This document shows, one piece after another, positions 37,843 through 46,392 of a stretch of 64,000 nucleotides of DNA; the first letter of the stretch is position 1; each line of letters starts with the position of its first letter. Source of the DNA: Chthoniobacterales bacterium (GTDB taxonomy: Bacteria > Verrucomicrobiota > Verrucomicrobiia > Chthoniobacterales > Chthoniobacteraceae); the NCBI GenBank assembly GCA_038207335.1, contig JBBQZX010000020.1:32001-96000 (forward strand), given 5' to 3'. Under the pieces are notes generated by a model that saw nothing but the letters and a program-made list of their open reading frames with translations, was not told the DNA's origin and searched no databases. The position numbers and the translations under genes are program-made.

Positions 37843-37931
37843 TTTTCCTCCGTCACGCACGCGCAGCCGCTTGTCTGCCTGCGATACAACATTTGCAAAC
37901 CCAGCACCAACAAACGCAACCAACTCAAACC

Positions 37932-38111
37932 ATGAAAAAACAAATCATCCTCGCAGTCCTCGCCACCGCCTTCCTCGCAGTCCTCCCGGCCTGCACCACC
38001 GTCGAGCCCGCTCCGCAGACCCACACCTCCACCACCTCCACCACCGAGACCTCCGTGCATCGTCCGGTCAGCTCCGCCACTGTGGAATCCACCTCGGTCC
38101 GCAGCTACTAA
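37932..38111 (+). CDS. Small Thr/Ser-rich lipoprotein (59 aa)
   Basis: MKKQIILAVLATAFLAVLPAC (basic N-region, hydrophobic core, lipobox-like LPAC) followed by a T/S-rich tail; internal ATG of ORF 37527..38111. Confidence 0.75.
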   Translation: MKKQIILAVLATAFLAVLPACTTVEPAPQTHTSTTSTTETSVHRPVSSATVESTSVRSY

Positions 38112-38187
38112 ACCAACACTCGCTCCTCCACCGGGGATCGCTGACAGGGCGGGAGAGAAATCTCCCGCCCTTCTTGCGTACGCGCGC

Positions 38188-39222
38188 CTACAGCAGCCCC
38201 TTCAGATCCCCCACAAACGCCTCCACATCCTCCGCCTGCGTATCCCACGTGCACATCAGCCGGCACCCGCCCGCCCCGATGAACGTATAAAACAGCCAAC
38301 CCAGCGCCCGCATCCCCTCCACCGCCTTCGCCGGCAGCTCCGCGAACACCGCATTCGCCTCCCGCGGGAAAAGCACCTTCACCCCCGGCAGCCCCGTCAG
38401 CCGGCTCTCCATCAGCGCCGCCATCCCATTCGCGTGCGTCGCGTGCCGGAGCCACGCCCCGTCCTTCAGCATCCCCAGCCACGGCGCACTCAGAAACCTC
38501 ATCTTCGACGCCAGTTGCCCCGCCTGCTTGCACCGATACTCGAACTCCCGCGCCATCCCCTTATTGAAAAACACCACCGCCTCCCCGATCGCCAACCCAT
38601 TCTTCGTCCCCCCGAAACACAGCACATCCACCCCGCACTGCCACGTCACCTCCTTCGGCGCCACCCCCAGCGACGCCACCGCATTCGCAAACCGCGCCCC
38701 ATCCATATGCAGCCGCAGATCATGCGCCTTCGTCCGCGCCCACACCCCCTTCAACTCCTCCGGCGAATACACCGTCCCCAGCTCCGTCGCCTGCGTCACA
38801 CTCACCGCCCGCGGCTTCGGAAAATGAATATCCGTCCTCCGGCGCACCACCTCCGCGATCCCCCCCGGCGCGATCTTCCCGTTCGCCCCCGGCAGCAGCA
38901 GCACCTTCGTCCCATTCGAGAAATACTCCGGCGCCCCGCACTCATCCGTCTCCACGTGCGCCAGTTCGTGACACAGGATCGAGTGATAACTCTGGCAGCA
39001 CGACGCCAGCGCCAGCGAATTCGCCGCCGTCCCATTAAACACAAAGAACACCTCACAATCCGTCTCGAACACCTCCCGCAGCGCATCCGTCGCCCGCTGC
39101 GTCCACGGATCATCCCCGTAAGAGCGCGCGTGATCCGCATTCGCCTCCGCCATCGCCTCCACCGCCTCCGGGCAAATCCCCGAATAATTATCACTCGCAA
39201 AATGCCGTCTCGGGTTCTTCAT
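38188..39222 (-). CDS. ltaE: Low-specificity L-threonine aldolase (beta-eliminating lyase family)
   Basis: FASDNY, SYGDDPWT, NGTAANSLAL, DECGAPE, HMDGARFANA, FGGTKNG (PLP Lys); AAGGAGG directly upstream of ATG 39222. Confidence 0.9.
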   Translation of the reverse strand: MKNPRRHFASDNYSGICPEAVEAMAEANADHARSYGDDPWTQRATDALREVFETDCEVFFVFNGTAANSLALASCCQSYHSILCHELAHVETDECGAPEYFSNGTKVLLLPGANGKIAPGGIAEVVRRRTDIHFPKPRAVSVTQATELGTVYSPEELKGVWARTKAHDLRLHMDGARFANAVASLGVAPKEVTWQCGVDVLCFGGTKNGLAIGEAVVFFNKGMAREFEYRCKQAGQLASKMRFLSAPWLGMLKDGAWLRHATHANGMAALMESRLTGLPGVKVLFPREANAVFAELPAKAVEGMRALGWLFYTFIGAGGCRLMCTWDTQAEDVEAFVGDLKGLL

Positions 39223-39345
39223 CCCCTCCTTTTCTATTAAAATCACCCTCCCGGCGAGTCCCAAAGCCAGCCCCGGCACGCCCAGCCCCGCCCGTGTTCA
39301 ATTCTACCTCCCGTTGCCCGCCAGCCCCGGCCGGTTGCCAGAGAC

Positions 39346-39483
39346 ACTGCGTAAAAAGTCGCGGAACGGGTCATTGTAGGGCGGGCGCTCCGCCTGCCCG
39401 TGGAGTGGGAGGCCCCCCGCTCCGAGGCAAGCGACGCGCTCGCCCTACCCCTCCGCCGAGGGAAGTGAGACATTCTACACAGT
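39346..39483. mobile_element. MITE-like unit: imperfect 17-bp terminal inverted repeats enclosing a REP doublet
   Basis: ACTGCGTAAAAAGTCGC (39346-39362) versus reverse complement of 39467-39483 ACTGTGTAGAATGTCTC, 13/17 matches. Confidence 0.4.
39376..39448. repeat. GTAG-type REP doublet (REPIN-like)
   Basis: GTAGGGCGGGCGCTCCGCCTGCC...GGCAAGCGACGCGCTCGCCCTAC inverted pair; second copy at 39887-39935. Confidence 0.7.
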
Positions 39484-39485
39484 CC

Positions 39486-39524
39486 CAGAGGCGATTGGCA
39501 GAAACGCGGGTGGGCCATTGAAGT
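39486..39524 (+). repeat. Dispersed ~37-bp repeat, solo copy (same family as 46226-46262 and 47197-47233)
   Basis: CAGAGGCGATTGGCAGAAACGCGGGTG....TTGAAGT matches the two copies flanking the methyltransferase gene. Confidence 0.8.
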
Positions 39525-39579
39525 GGGGGGCGCGGGCCGGTCTGCGGGTGGGGTCGGGCGCGCGGTTTGAAACGGCAAA

Positions 39580-39810
39580 GATTCATTCTTTGCCTTCAAA
39601 GAATCATTCTTCGCCGTCAGAGATTCAGTCTTTGCTTCCAAACACCCAGTCTTTGACATCAGCGGTGGAGCCTTTGACATCAGCGGTGCGGACATTGACG
39701 TCAGTGACTTGGCCATTGGCGTCAACGGTACCGCCATTGGTTTCACTACTCCGGTCGCTGACCACAATAAACCGGCCATTGGCTTCACTACCGCGGTCAT
39801 TGGCTTCCCT
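39580..39810. repeat. Degenerate 21-bp tandem repeat array (~11 units, weaker units on both sides)
   Basis: Units every 21 nt from 39580, e.g. gattcagtctttgcttccaaa / cacccagtctttgacatcagc / ggtggagcctttgacatcagc / gacttggccattggcgtcaac / aaaccggccattggcttcact; core approximately GYCWTTGRCNTCA. Confidence 0.85.
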
Positions 39811-39886
39811 AATTGGATTAGGGAAGCCAGAGATTGCGTCATTTTGACGCAGAATGGGGTATTTAACAGTGGCCAAGACGGGGTTT

Positions 39887-39935
39887 GTAGGGCGACCGCT
39901 CCGGTTGCCTCGGGCACGCGGAGCGCCCGCCGTAC
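39887..39935. repeat. GTAG-type REP doublet, second copy
   Basis: GTAGGGCGACCGCTCCGGTTGCC...GGCACGCGGAGCGCCCGCCGTAC inverted pair similar to 39376-39448. Confidence 0.65.
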
Positions 39936-39986
39936 AACCAGCCCTTTCGGGACTCGTATCTCAGCGCACCACCCCCTTACGCGGAA

Positions 39987-40012
39987 GAGCCGGTGGCGTG
40001 AACCACCGGCTC
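39987..40012. repeat. Perfect 10-bp-stem hairpin downstream of the DUF6600-like gene (possible terminator or REP-like element)
   Basis: GAGCCGGTGG-cgtgaa-CCACCGGCTC; no strong U-tract; same CGTGAA loop as the hairpin at 41892-41921. Confidence 0.45.
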
Positions 40013-40038
40013 GTCCCTGAATGCCTTCGACCCTGCCC

Positions 40039-41769
40039 CTACTGCTTCTCTTCCTTGTCCTTCTTACCCTTGCCCTTGCCCTTGCCACCCTTTTCCTCCG
40101 CCTGCGGCTGTCCGCCCCCGCCCCCCTGCGGCGCGGCTGCCTGCGGCTGCCCGCCCCCGCCCCCCTGCGGCTGCTGAGGCGCGGCCTTCTCATGTTTCTG
40201 CTGCTTCGGCTGCTCCGGCGCCTGCGCCTTTTCGTGCTTCTGCGGCTGCGGCTGCTCCGGCGCCCGCTCATGCTTCTGGGGCTCAGGCTGGTGATTCTTT
40301 TTCTGCTCATGCTGCTGCGGCTCCGGCGCCGGGTCCGGACGGTCCTGCTTCGCGGATTTCTCCGGGCGCGCTTCCCGCGTCGGCATCGGCGCCGGCGGCG
40401 GCTCATTCGCAGAGTCATTCTTCGCCTTATGCTCGCCCTTCGAGGATGGCTGCTCCATCTTCCCCTTCTTGCCCTTCGATCCCGTGCCCTCCGGCGGAGT
40501 CCCGGCGTCGTTCGGCGTGGCATCATGCTTCGGCTCCGGCTTCACCGCAGCCTCCGGCACGACCGCATCGGCGCCCTTCTTGCCCTTTTTATTCATCTTT
40601 CCCGGCTCCTTGGAATCCGGCGCGGTCGCATCCGCAGGTGCCGTGTCCGGGGCATCAGAAGGCGAAACCTTATCACCCTTCATCTTCCCGTTCTTGCCCT
40701 TCCCACCCTTCGCATCCGGCTGGTCGGCAGTCGTGGGGTTCGTCGCATCAGCCGCAGGCACCACCGCTTCACCTTTCCCGCCCTTGCCCTTCTTGCCCGC
40801 CGCCTCCGGCGCAGTCTCCGGGTCAGCCAGGAGCGAGGCTTTCTCAAATTTCGGCTGCGGAGGAAGACCCGCCGGCGCCTTCGCCGCGTGCATCTTCGCC
40901 CGGAGCTGCTTCGTCTCCGCGTCATCGGGAACGCCCTTCCACCCACGGTTCACCTGCACGTTCTCCAGCTTGCGCGAGACCTTCTTCGGCGCGGCATCCG
41001 GCGCCGCAGCGGCGAACCGCGGAGCCGCGATGCGGAGCTGGTCGCCCTGAACGTGGCTCTGGAAAGAGTCGCGATTGCCGGCTGCATAGTCGTTGCGGCG
41101 GTCGATGCGCAGCCGCTGGATGGGCTGGGCGGTTTCCCGGCGGATCACGTCGTATTCCGGCCCGCCGTTATACACGACGTTGTTCTGCACGCGGATGTTG
41201 GTGATGTTCGTGGTCTGATTGATGATCGTCACATTCTGCTGAGCGGGCACGACGAACTCCCGGATGTGTGGGGCACCGAAGTTGCGCACTTCCACAAAGC
41301 TGTAAGCCTGCGGGCCGACGTCGTAGTAAGAGTCCGACCAACTGCTGATCGAGTGCACCCCGTGGCCGAAATGCGCCTCCGGCGGGAGCGGCGCCCAACC
41401 GACGTGGTGTTTGTCCCGGCGGAAGGAAACCCAAGCCGGGCCCCACTCGCGCCCCGGCACCCAAATCCAGCCGACATCATTGACCTCCGCCCAGCGGCCA
41501 TAGTGATACACCGCCCAACTGTACGGTTCCTCGGAAACCCACGTCCACCCGGAGTCGGTATAGACCCAATGCCCATCGGTGTAAGGGCGCCAGTCCGGAT
41601 TGACATCGCGCGGATGCCACGCGTAGCCGTAGTCACCGGCATCGACCCAGTCGCCGTAGGGCTCGAGTTCGTCGTAGAAAAGATCGACGCTGACATCGAC
41701 GGCGCGAGCCGCGCGAGGCAGAGCGACGCCGATGAAGGCGAGTGAAAGGAATAGGATAAGACGTTTCAT
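40039..41769 (-). CDS. Secreted DUF6600-like (Trp-rich repeat) protein with long Pro/Lys/Gln-rich low-complexity tail
   Basis: Signal peptide MKRLILFLSLAFIGVALPRAARA; FYDELEPYGDW, WRPYTDGHWVYTDSGWTWVS, YHYGRW, WGPAWVSFR, VGWAPLPPE; repetitive C-terminus. Confidence 0.8.
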   Translation of the reverse strand: MKRLILFLSLAFIGVALPRAARAVDVSVDLFYDELEPYGDWVDAGDYGYAWHPRDVNPDWRPYTDGHWVYTDSGWTWVSEEPYSWAVYHYGRWAEVNDVGWIWVPGREWGPAWVSFRRDKHHVGWAPLPPEAHFGHGVHSISSWSDSYYDVGPQAYSFVEVRNFGAPHIREFVVPAQQNVTIINQTTNITNIRVQNNVVYNGGPEYDVIRRETAQPIQRLRIDRRNDYAAGNRDSFQSHVQGDQLRIAAPRFAAAAPDAAPKKVSRKLENVQVNRGWKGVPDDAETKQLRAKMHAAKAPAGLPPQPKFEKASLLADPETAPEAAGKKGKGGKGEAVVPAADATNPTTADQPDAKGGKGKNGKMKGDKVSPSDAPDTAPADATAPDSKEPGKMNKKGKKGADAVVPEAAVKPEPKHDATPNDAGTPPEGTGSKGKKGKMEQPSSKGEHKAKNDSANEPPPAPMPTREARPEKSAKQDRPDPAPEPQQHEQKKNHQPEPQKHERAPEQPQPQKHEKAQAPEQPKQQKHEKAAPQQPQGGGGGQPQAAAPQGGGGGQPQAEEKGGKGKGKGKKDKEEKQ

Positions 41770-41882
41770 GTTTGGGATGTGAGTGCGCTCCGGGTCGCGG
41801 AGGTAATACAGGAATCGCACGGCGGCACGGGAGTGCGGGTGCGGTCGGGGATTTCGAATGGGATCCCAAGCTCCATTTTCAC

Positions 41883-41921
41883 AAAAAAAAAAGCGCCGCC
41901 GGGCGTGAACCCGGCGGCGCT
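41883..41921 (-). terminator. Rho-independent terminator after the aminotransferase gene
   Basis: AGCGCCGCCGGG-cgtgaa-CCCGGCGGCGCT stem with a 10-A run on the plus strand (poly-U on the minus-strand transcript). Confidence 0.85.
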
Positions 41922-41950
41922 ATATTCGAGATTCGTGAACGAGCCGCGAG

Positions 41951-43111
41951 CTACAGCGTGCGGCAGAACTCTTCGAGGCGGTCGATGCCCTTCTTGATGA
42001 CATCCATGCTCGTCGCGTAGCTGAGGCGGATGGTCTGGTCATTGCCAAATGCGATGCCAGGCACAACGGCGACGTGATGTTTGCTGAGAAGGCGGTCGGA
42101 GAAATTCTGGGAGGTCAGCGAGAGCTTGCTGATATTCACCAGCACGTAGAAGGCGCCCTGCGGCTTGACGACGGAGAGGCCGGGGATTTTCGAGAGCCGC
42201 TCGCACATGTATTCGCGGCGCATGTTGAATTCCTCGCGCATATCGATGACGGGCTGCTGGTCGCCTTTCAGCGCGGCGAGCCCGCCCTTTTGCGCAAAGC
42301 TGCACGCGTTCGAGGTGCTGTGGCTCTGCATGGCGTCGATCACTTTCGCGATCGGCTCAGGCGCTCCGAGATAGCCGAGCCGCCAACCGGTCATCGCGTA
42401 GGCTTTGCTCAGGCCATTGACGGTGATCGTGATCGGATACGCGCCGGGCAACGACGCGACGCTGACGTGCTGCACACCGTCATAGACGAGCTTTTCGTAA
42501 ATCTCGTCGGAGAGGATGAGGATTTCCTCGTCCGCCGCGACATCGACGATGCCCTGCAATTCCTCGGCGGTATAGACCGCGCCGGTCGGGTTGCCGGGCG
42601 AGTTGAGGATCACCATCTTTGTCCGCGGAGTCATGGCGTCCTGGAACTGGTCGGCGGTCATCTTCCAGCCGCTCTCCTCAGTCGTCTGGACGAAAACGGG
42701 ATCGGCTCCCGCGAGGCGCACCATCTCGGGATAGCTGAGCCAGTAAGGCGCGGGGATGATGACTTCGTCGCCGGGCTGGCAGGTGGCGAGGATGGCGTTG
42801 ATGCAGGAATGCTTCGCGCCGTTGCTGACGATGATTTGGCTCGGCTTGTAGTCGAGGCCGTTGTCCGCCTTGAATTTCTCGCTGATCGCCTGACGCAGCT
42901 CAGGGATGCCGCTGCTCGGCGTGTATTTGGTAAAGCCGGCGTCGAGCGAGGCCATCGCGGCCGCCTTGATGTGCTCAGGCGTGTCGAAATCGGGCTCACC
43001 TGCGCCGAAGCTGCAGACGTCGATGCCCTCGGCTTTCATCGCCTTGGCTTTGCTGTCGATGGAAAGGGTGAGCGAGGGGGTGAGACTGGTGGCGCGGTTG
43101 GCAAGTTCCAT
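41951..43111 (-). CDS. aspC: PLP-dependent class I/II aminotransferase (aspartate aminotransferase type)
   Basis: GAGEPDFDTP, YTPSSGIPELR, NSPGNPTG, SDEIYE, SKAYAMTGWRLGY, RLSYA. Confidence 0.88.
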   Translation of the reverse strand: MELANRATSLTPSLTLSIDSKAKAMKAEGIDVCSFGAGEPDFDTPEHIKAAAMASLDAGFTKYTPSSGIPELRQAISEKFKADNGLDYKPSQIIVSNGAKHSCINAILATCQPGDEVIIPAPYWLSYPEMVRLAGADPVFVQTTEESGWKMTADQFQDAMTPRTKMVILNSPGNPTGAVYTAEELQGIVDVAADEEILILSDEIYEKLVYDGVQHVSVASLPGAYPITITVNGLSKAYAMTGWRLGYLGAPEPIAKVIDAMQSHSTSNACSFAQKGGLAALKGDQQPVIDMREEFNMRREYMCERLSKIPGLSVVKPQGAFYVLVNISKLSLTSQNFSDRLLSKHHVAVVPGIAFGNDQTIRLSYATSMDVIKKGIDRLEEFCRTL

Positions 43112-43180
43112 GAGATTTAGGGATGTGGGATTTAGGATTTGAGTTGTAGCCGGGGTCGCTGTTCCCGGCAGTTCGGCGGA

Positions 43181-44344
43181 TTACTTTGCGAACCAGTCCT
43201 CAATCAGCGGCTTGAGGTTGTTCTCGGCGATTTTGATGATGCCGAATTCGCGCTGCGCGCTCTCGGGGGCGTCGGACGCGTGCGCTGCATTGACCATGAT
43301 CGTCTGCCCAAATTCGCGCCGGATCGAGCCGGGAGGCGCTTTCGAGGGATCGGTCGGCCCGAGGACTTCGCGGATTTTCCGCACGGCCTCGACGCCCTGG
43401 TAGCAGATGGCGATGCACTTTTCGGAGCCCGGCGCGTTGCGTTTGTCCGACGGGCATTCGCTTGGTTTCATGCCGCACATGAATTTCACGATCTGCTCCC
43501 AATTCTCGCGGCCATTGATCGGCCCGAGCAGCTCGCCCAGCTTCTGCACGGCGTCATCGGAGAACTTGAGATTGAACTCTTTCTCCAAAAGCGGGCGTGC
43601 CTGCGAAGCGGAGCGATCCTTCAGTTTGTCCATGAGCACCTCGAGCACCGGGCCGTAAAATTCCTCGGCCTGCGCGACAGTCATGCGGTGGACTTTGAAC
43701 GCGATGATCGAGAGCCCCGTGCGCGAGAAAAGGTCGATGACGCCGCCGGGTCGCGAGTTTGGAAAACGGAAGTTGTCCGGCTTGATGAGCACGAGGGTCT
43801 TCTCGACTTTCACGCCGGGCGGGAACTGCACCACGTCGTCGAGCAAGCCGCCGTCGGTGTCGGAATACTTCGCCCAGAGCAAAAGGTTCGTCCTCGCGCT
43901 TTCCGCATCCGGCGGCGCGAGCACCGCAGGCTCGAAGTAGCTCACGACGCCATTCGCATCGGCCATGTAATCGCCATAGGTGTCGCGGATCGTCTCGCCG
44001 CTGGTGCGCTCGTTCACGATGTGGCCGACAATGTTGCGCAGCTTCGTGACGGCGTCTTCGCCTTTGAAAACGAGCATCATCACGCGAGGACGGTCAGTCT
44101 CGGTCGGCGCAAAATTCTTCAAGACATACTGCTTGATGAGCTCCTGCGTCGCGCGGTGTCGCGGCTCCGGGTCGCTCACGATACTGCCCGCGTATTTCTC
44201 CACGAGTTCCTTGCTCGGCGCGAACATGCGCGCTGCGACGATTTCGAGCCCCGTCCGCGAGATGAGCCGCGCGATGATCCCGCCGGTGCGGGACTTGCGG
44301 ATCGAGTAAGGCGTGACGAGCACGTAGGAAAGTTCTTCGGCCAT
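43181..44344 (-). CDS. ndk: Two-domain nucleoside-diphosphate kinase
   Basis: C-terminal domain TLVLIKPD...IREVLGPTDP...PGSIRREFG...NAAHASD (catalytic His); N-terminal half is a degenerate NDK-like repeat. Confidence 0.85.
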   Translation of the reverse strand: MAEELSYVLVTPYSIRKSRTGGIIARLISRTGLEIVAARMFAPSKELVEKYAGSIVSDPEPRHRATQELIKQYVLKNFAPTETDRPRVMMLVFKGEDAVTKLRNIVGHIVNERTSGETIRDTYGDYMADANGVVSYFEPAVLAPPDAESARTNLLLWAKYSDTDGGLLDDVVQFPPGVKVEKTLVLIKPDNFRFPNSRPGGVIDLFSRTGLSIIAFKVHRMTVAQAEEFYGPVLEVLMDKLKDRSASQARPLLEKEFNLKFSDDAVQKLGELLGPINGRENWEQIVKFMCGMKPSECPSDKRNAPGSEKCIAICYQGVEAVRKIREVLGPTDPSKAPPGSIRREFGQTIMVNAAHASDAPESAQREFGIIKIAENNLKPLIEDWFAK

Positions 44345-44599
44345 AGATAAAAAGTGCCCGCGGAGAGCGCCCTGAACGTGCAGTCATTCAGGGAAAAATC
44401 GCCGCAGGCAGGGATTTTCTTCGGTTTTTTTGTGGGCGGGGAAGCTATCGGGCGAGGCAAACCCCCGTCAACGGATTTCTCCCATCGTGCGAGAGCGCCA
44501 GCGCTCTAGCTGGCGCTGATTCTCCATTTGCACTCGCATTCCCGCACTCGTGGACTTCCAACATCCGCAACGCATTTTCGCGCCAAGGGCCACGCCGCC

Positions 44600-45370
44600 A
44601 TGACTTTCCTCTCCAAGCTCCGCAAACACCTCCCCATCCCACGTTTCCGCATCGTCCCGCTATCGCCGAACACGCTTTCGCCGAGCCGCTACGATGCGGC
44701 GGCGGCGGACCCGGCGCTGAACGGCATCATCGACGATTTGCGCGCCTACACCGGCTTCGGCGACGAGGAATTGCGCCCGCTCATCACTCGCCACCCGGAC
44801 AAACATTTCGAGAGCGAATTCGCATGGGCACGCCCGCGCGACCGCCAAGAGCTCACTTGGTTTTACCGTTGCAGCCAGGCGTATCTTTTCGCGAATGCGA
44901 TCCACCCCTTCGCGACGGCGCTCGAGCGAATCCCAGCGGGCCGCGTGCTCGACTACGGCGCGGGCGTCGGTTGCAACACCATCGGAATGGCACTCCGCGG
45001 CCTCGACGTGGATTTCCTCGAGATCGGCAGACTACAGGCCGACTTCCTGCGCTTCCGCATCGACCGCCGCGAGCTGAAAAACGTGCGCGAAGTCCTGCCC
45101 TACAACGCCGGGCGTTTCGACCCGATCGGCTGCATCACCGCCACCTACGACACGATCGCAGCCATGGACGTGCTCGAGCACATCCCGGACTACCACATCG
45201 TCGTCCGGCACTTCATCGAGCACCTCGCTCCCGGCGGCCTCATCGTCGAAAACAGCCCGTTCGCCCCCGAGGCGCGCGACGTATCGATCCACGTCTCCGC
45301 GAGCATGCCGCTGGAGCAGGCGATGGACGGGATGCGGCGCCTCGAACCCGGCATCTGGCAGAAAATCTGA
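44600..45370 (+). CDS. Class I SAM-dependent methyltransferase
   Basis: RVLDYGAGVG motif I; YDTIAAMDVLEHIPD; LAPGG; start taken at ATG 44600. Confidence 0.82.
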   Translation: MTFLSKLRKHLPIPRFRIVPLSPNTLSPSRYDAAAADPALNGIIDDLRAYTGFGDEELRPLITRHPDKHFESEFAWARPRDRQELTWFYRCSQAYLFANAIHPFATALERIPAGRVLDYGAGVGCNTIGMALRGLDVDFLEIGRLQADFLRFRIDRRELKNVREVLPYNAGRFDPIGCITATYDTIAAMDVLEHIPDYHIVVRHFIEHLAPGGLIVENSPFAPEARDVSIHVSASMPLEQAMDGMRRLEPGIWQKI

Positions 45371-45383
45371 CGCGCCGGAAATC

Positions 45384-46208
45384 TCACCGCCGCGCGAGCC
45401 CGGCGATCCACTTTCCCTTTCGCACGATCCGCTCAATCGCGAAGCCATTCGCCTCGAATGCCGCGACCACCTCCGCCTCCTGCGCGCGCAGGACGCCTGA
45501 GAAAATCAGCCGACCCCCGCGCGCTGTCGCTGCGGCGATCTTCGGCGCGACCTCCACAAGCAACCCGCTGAAAAGATTCGCCGCCACCACGTCCCATGTC
45601 CGCGGCGGCGTCCACTTTCGCACGTCGAGTTTCTTCACCACGATCTTCGCGAGCTGATTCACCCGCACGTTTTCCTTCGCCACGCGCACCGCATCCGGGT
45701 CGAAGTCCCCCGCCTCCACTCGCCGCGCGCCGAGCGCTCGCCCCGCGAGCGCGAGGATCGCCGTCCCGCAACCGAGATCGAGCATCTCCCACGGCTGCGC
45801 GCGCAATTCCTCGCTCACATCCACGAGCAGTCGCAGACACGTCGCGGTCGTCGCGTGATCGCCCGTCCCAAACGCCATCCCCGCCGGAATCAAGAGCACA
45901 GGCCGATCCGCAGCCGACAGCTCCCCGCGCTCCTCCTCGCTGCCGACCACGATCAACCGATCCCGCACCCGAATCGCAGCGCGCGTCTGCGGCTGAAGCG
46001 CCATCTCCTTTTTCTGCAAAAACATCTCCCCGCCAAACTCCCGCACCAGTCCCTCCGCCTGCCGTTTCGTCAGCGCAAAAGCCTCCACGCGAATCCTTGT
46101 CTTCCCCGCGAACTCCGTGATTGCCAGTCGATCGCGCAAACCCGCCAACCGTTCCGGCCACACATCCGCCCACTTCGCCGCACTCAGTTTCCGCCAGCAA
46201 AACATCAT
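45384..46208 (-). CDS. prmA: Ribosomal protein L11 methyltransferase
   Basis: PAGMAFGTGDHATT, LDLGCGTAILAL, DFDPDAV..A.EN, DVVAANL, LIFSGVL. Confidence 0.88.
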   Translation of the reverse strand: MMFCWRKLSAAKWADVWPERLAGLRDRLAITEFAGKTRIRVEAFALTKRQAEGLVREFGGEMFLQKKEMALQPQTRAAIRVRDRLIVVGSEEERGELSAADRPVLLIPAGMAFGTGDHATTATCLRLLVDVSEELRAQPWEMLDLGCGTAILALAGRALGARRVEAGDFDPDAVRVAKENVRVNQLAKIVVKKLDVRKWTPPRTWDVVAANLFSGLLVEVAPKIAAATARGGRLIFSGVLRAQEAEVVAAFEANGFAIERIVRKGKWIAGLARR

Positions 46209-46269
46209 CAGAGCAGCGCCGGTGCGCAGAGGCGATTGGCAGAAACGCGGACGCAGCGTTGATCGGATT

Positions 46270-46386
46270 GGAGAACCGCGTATTTCACCGATTTCGCGGA
46301 TGTGACCGCGGCGTCTCGCGCGCAAAGAAACAGCACAACGGCATCTTCCTCCCCATCAGCGTTCTCCGCGAAATCCGCGGTTCTCC
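46270..46386. repeat. Long imperfect palindrome (REP-like)
   Basis: GGAGAACCGCGTATTTCACCGATTTCGCGGATG (46270-46302) pairs imperfectly with CATCAGCGTTCTCCGCGAAATCCGCGGTTCTCC (46354-46386). Confidence 0.6.
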
Positions 46387-46392
46387 CCTCCG

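Noticed and set aside
33868..37923. 1351-aa minus-strand ORF
   Set aside because: Antisense shadow of gltB and VIT1 caused by C-ending codon bias.
39580..39810. Possible CRISPR array
   Set aside because: Period of only 21 nt, degenerate repeats, 6-8 nt variable parts and no cas genes in the window.
40021..41745. 574-aa plus-strand Leu/Arg-rich ORF
   Set aside because: Antisense to the DUF6600-like gene's low-complexity region.
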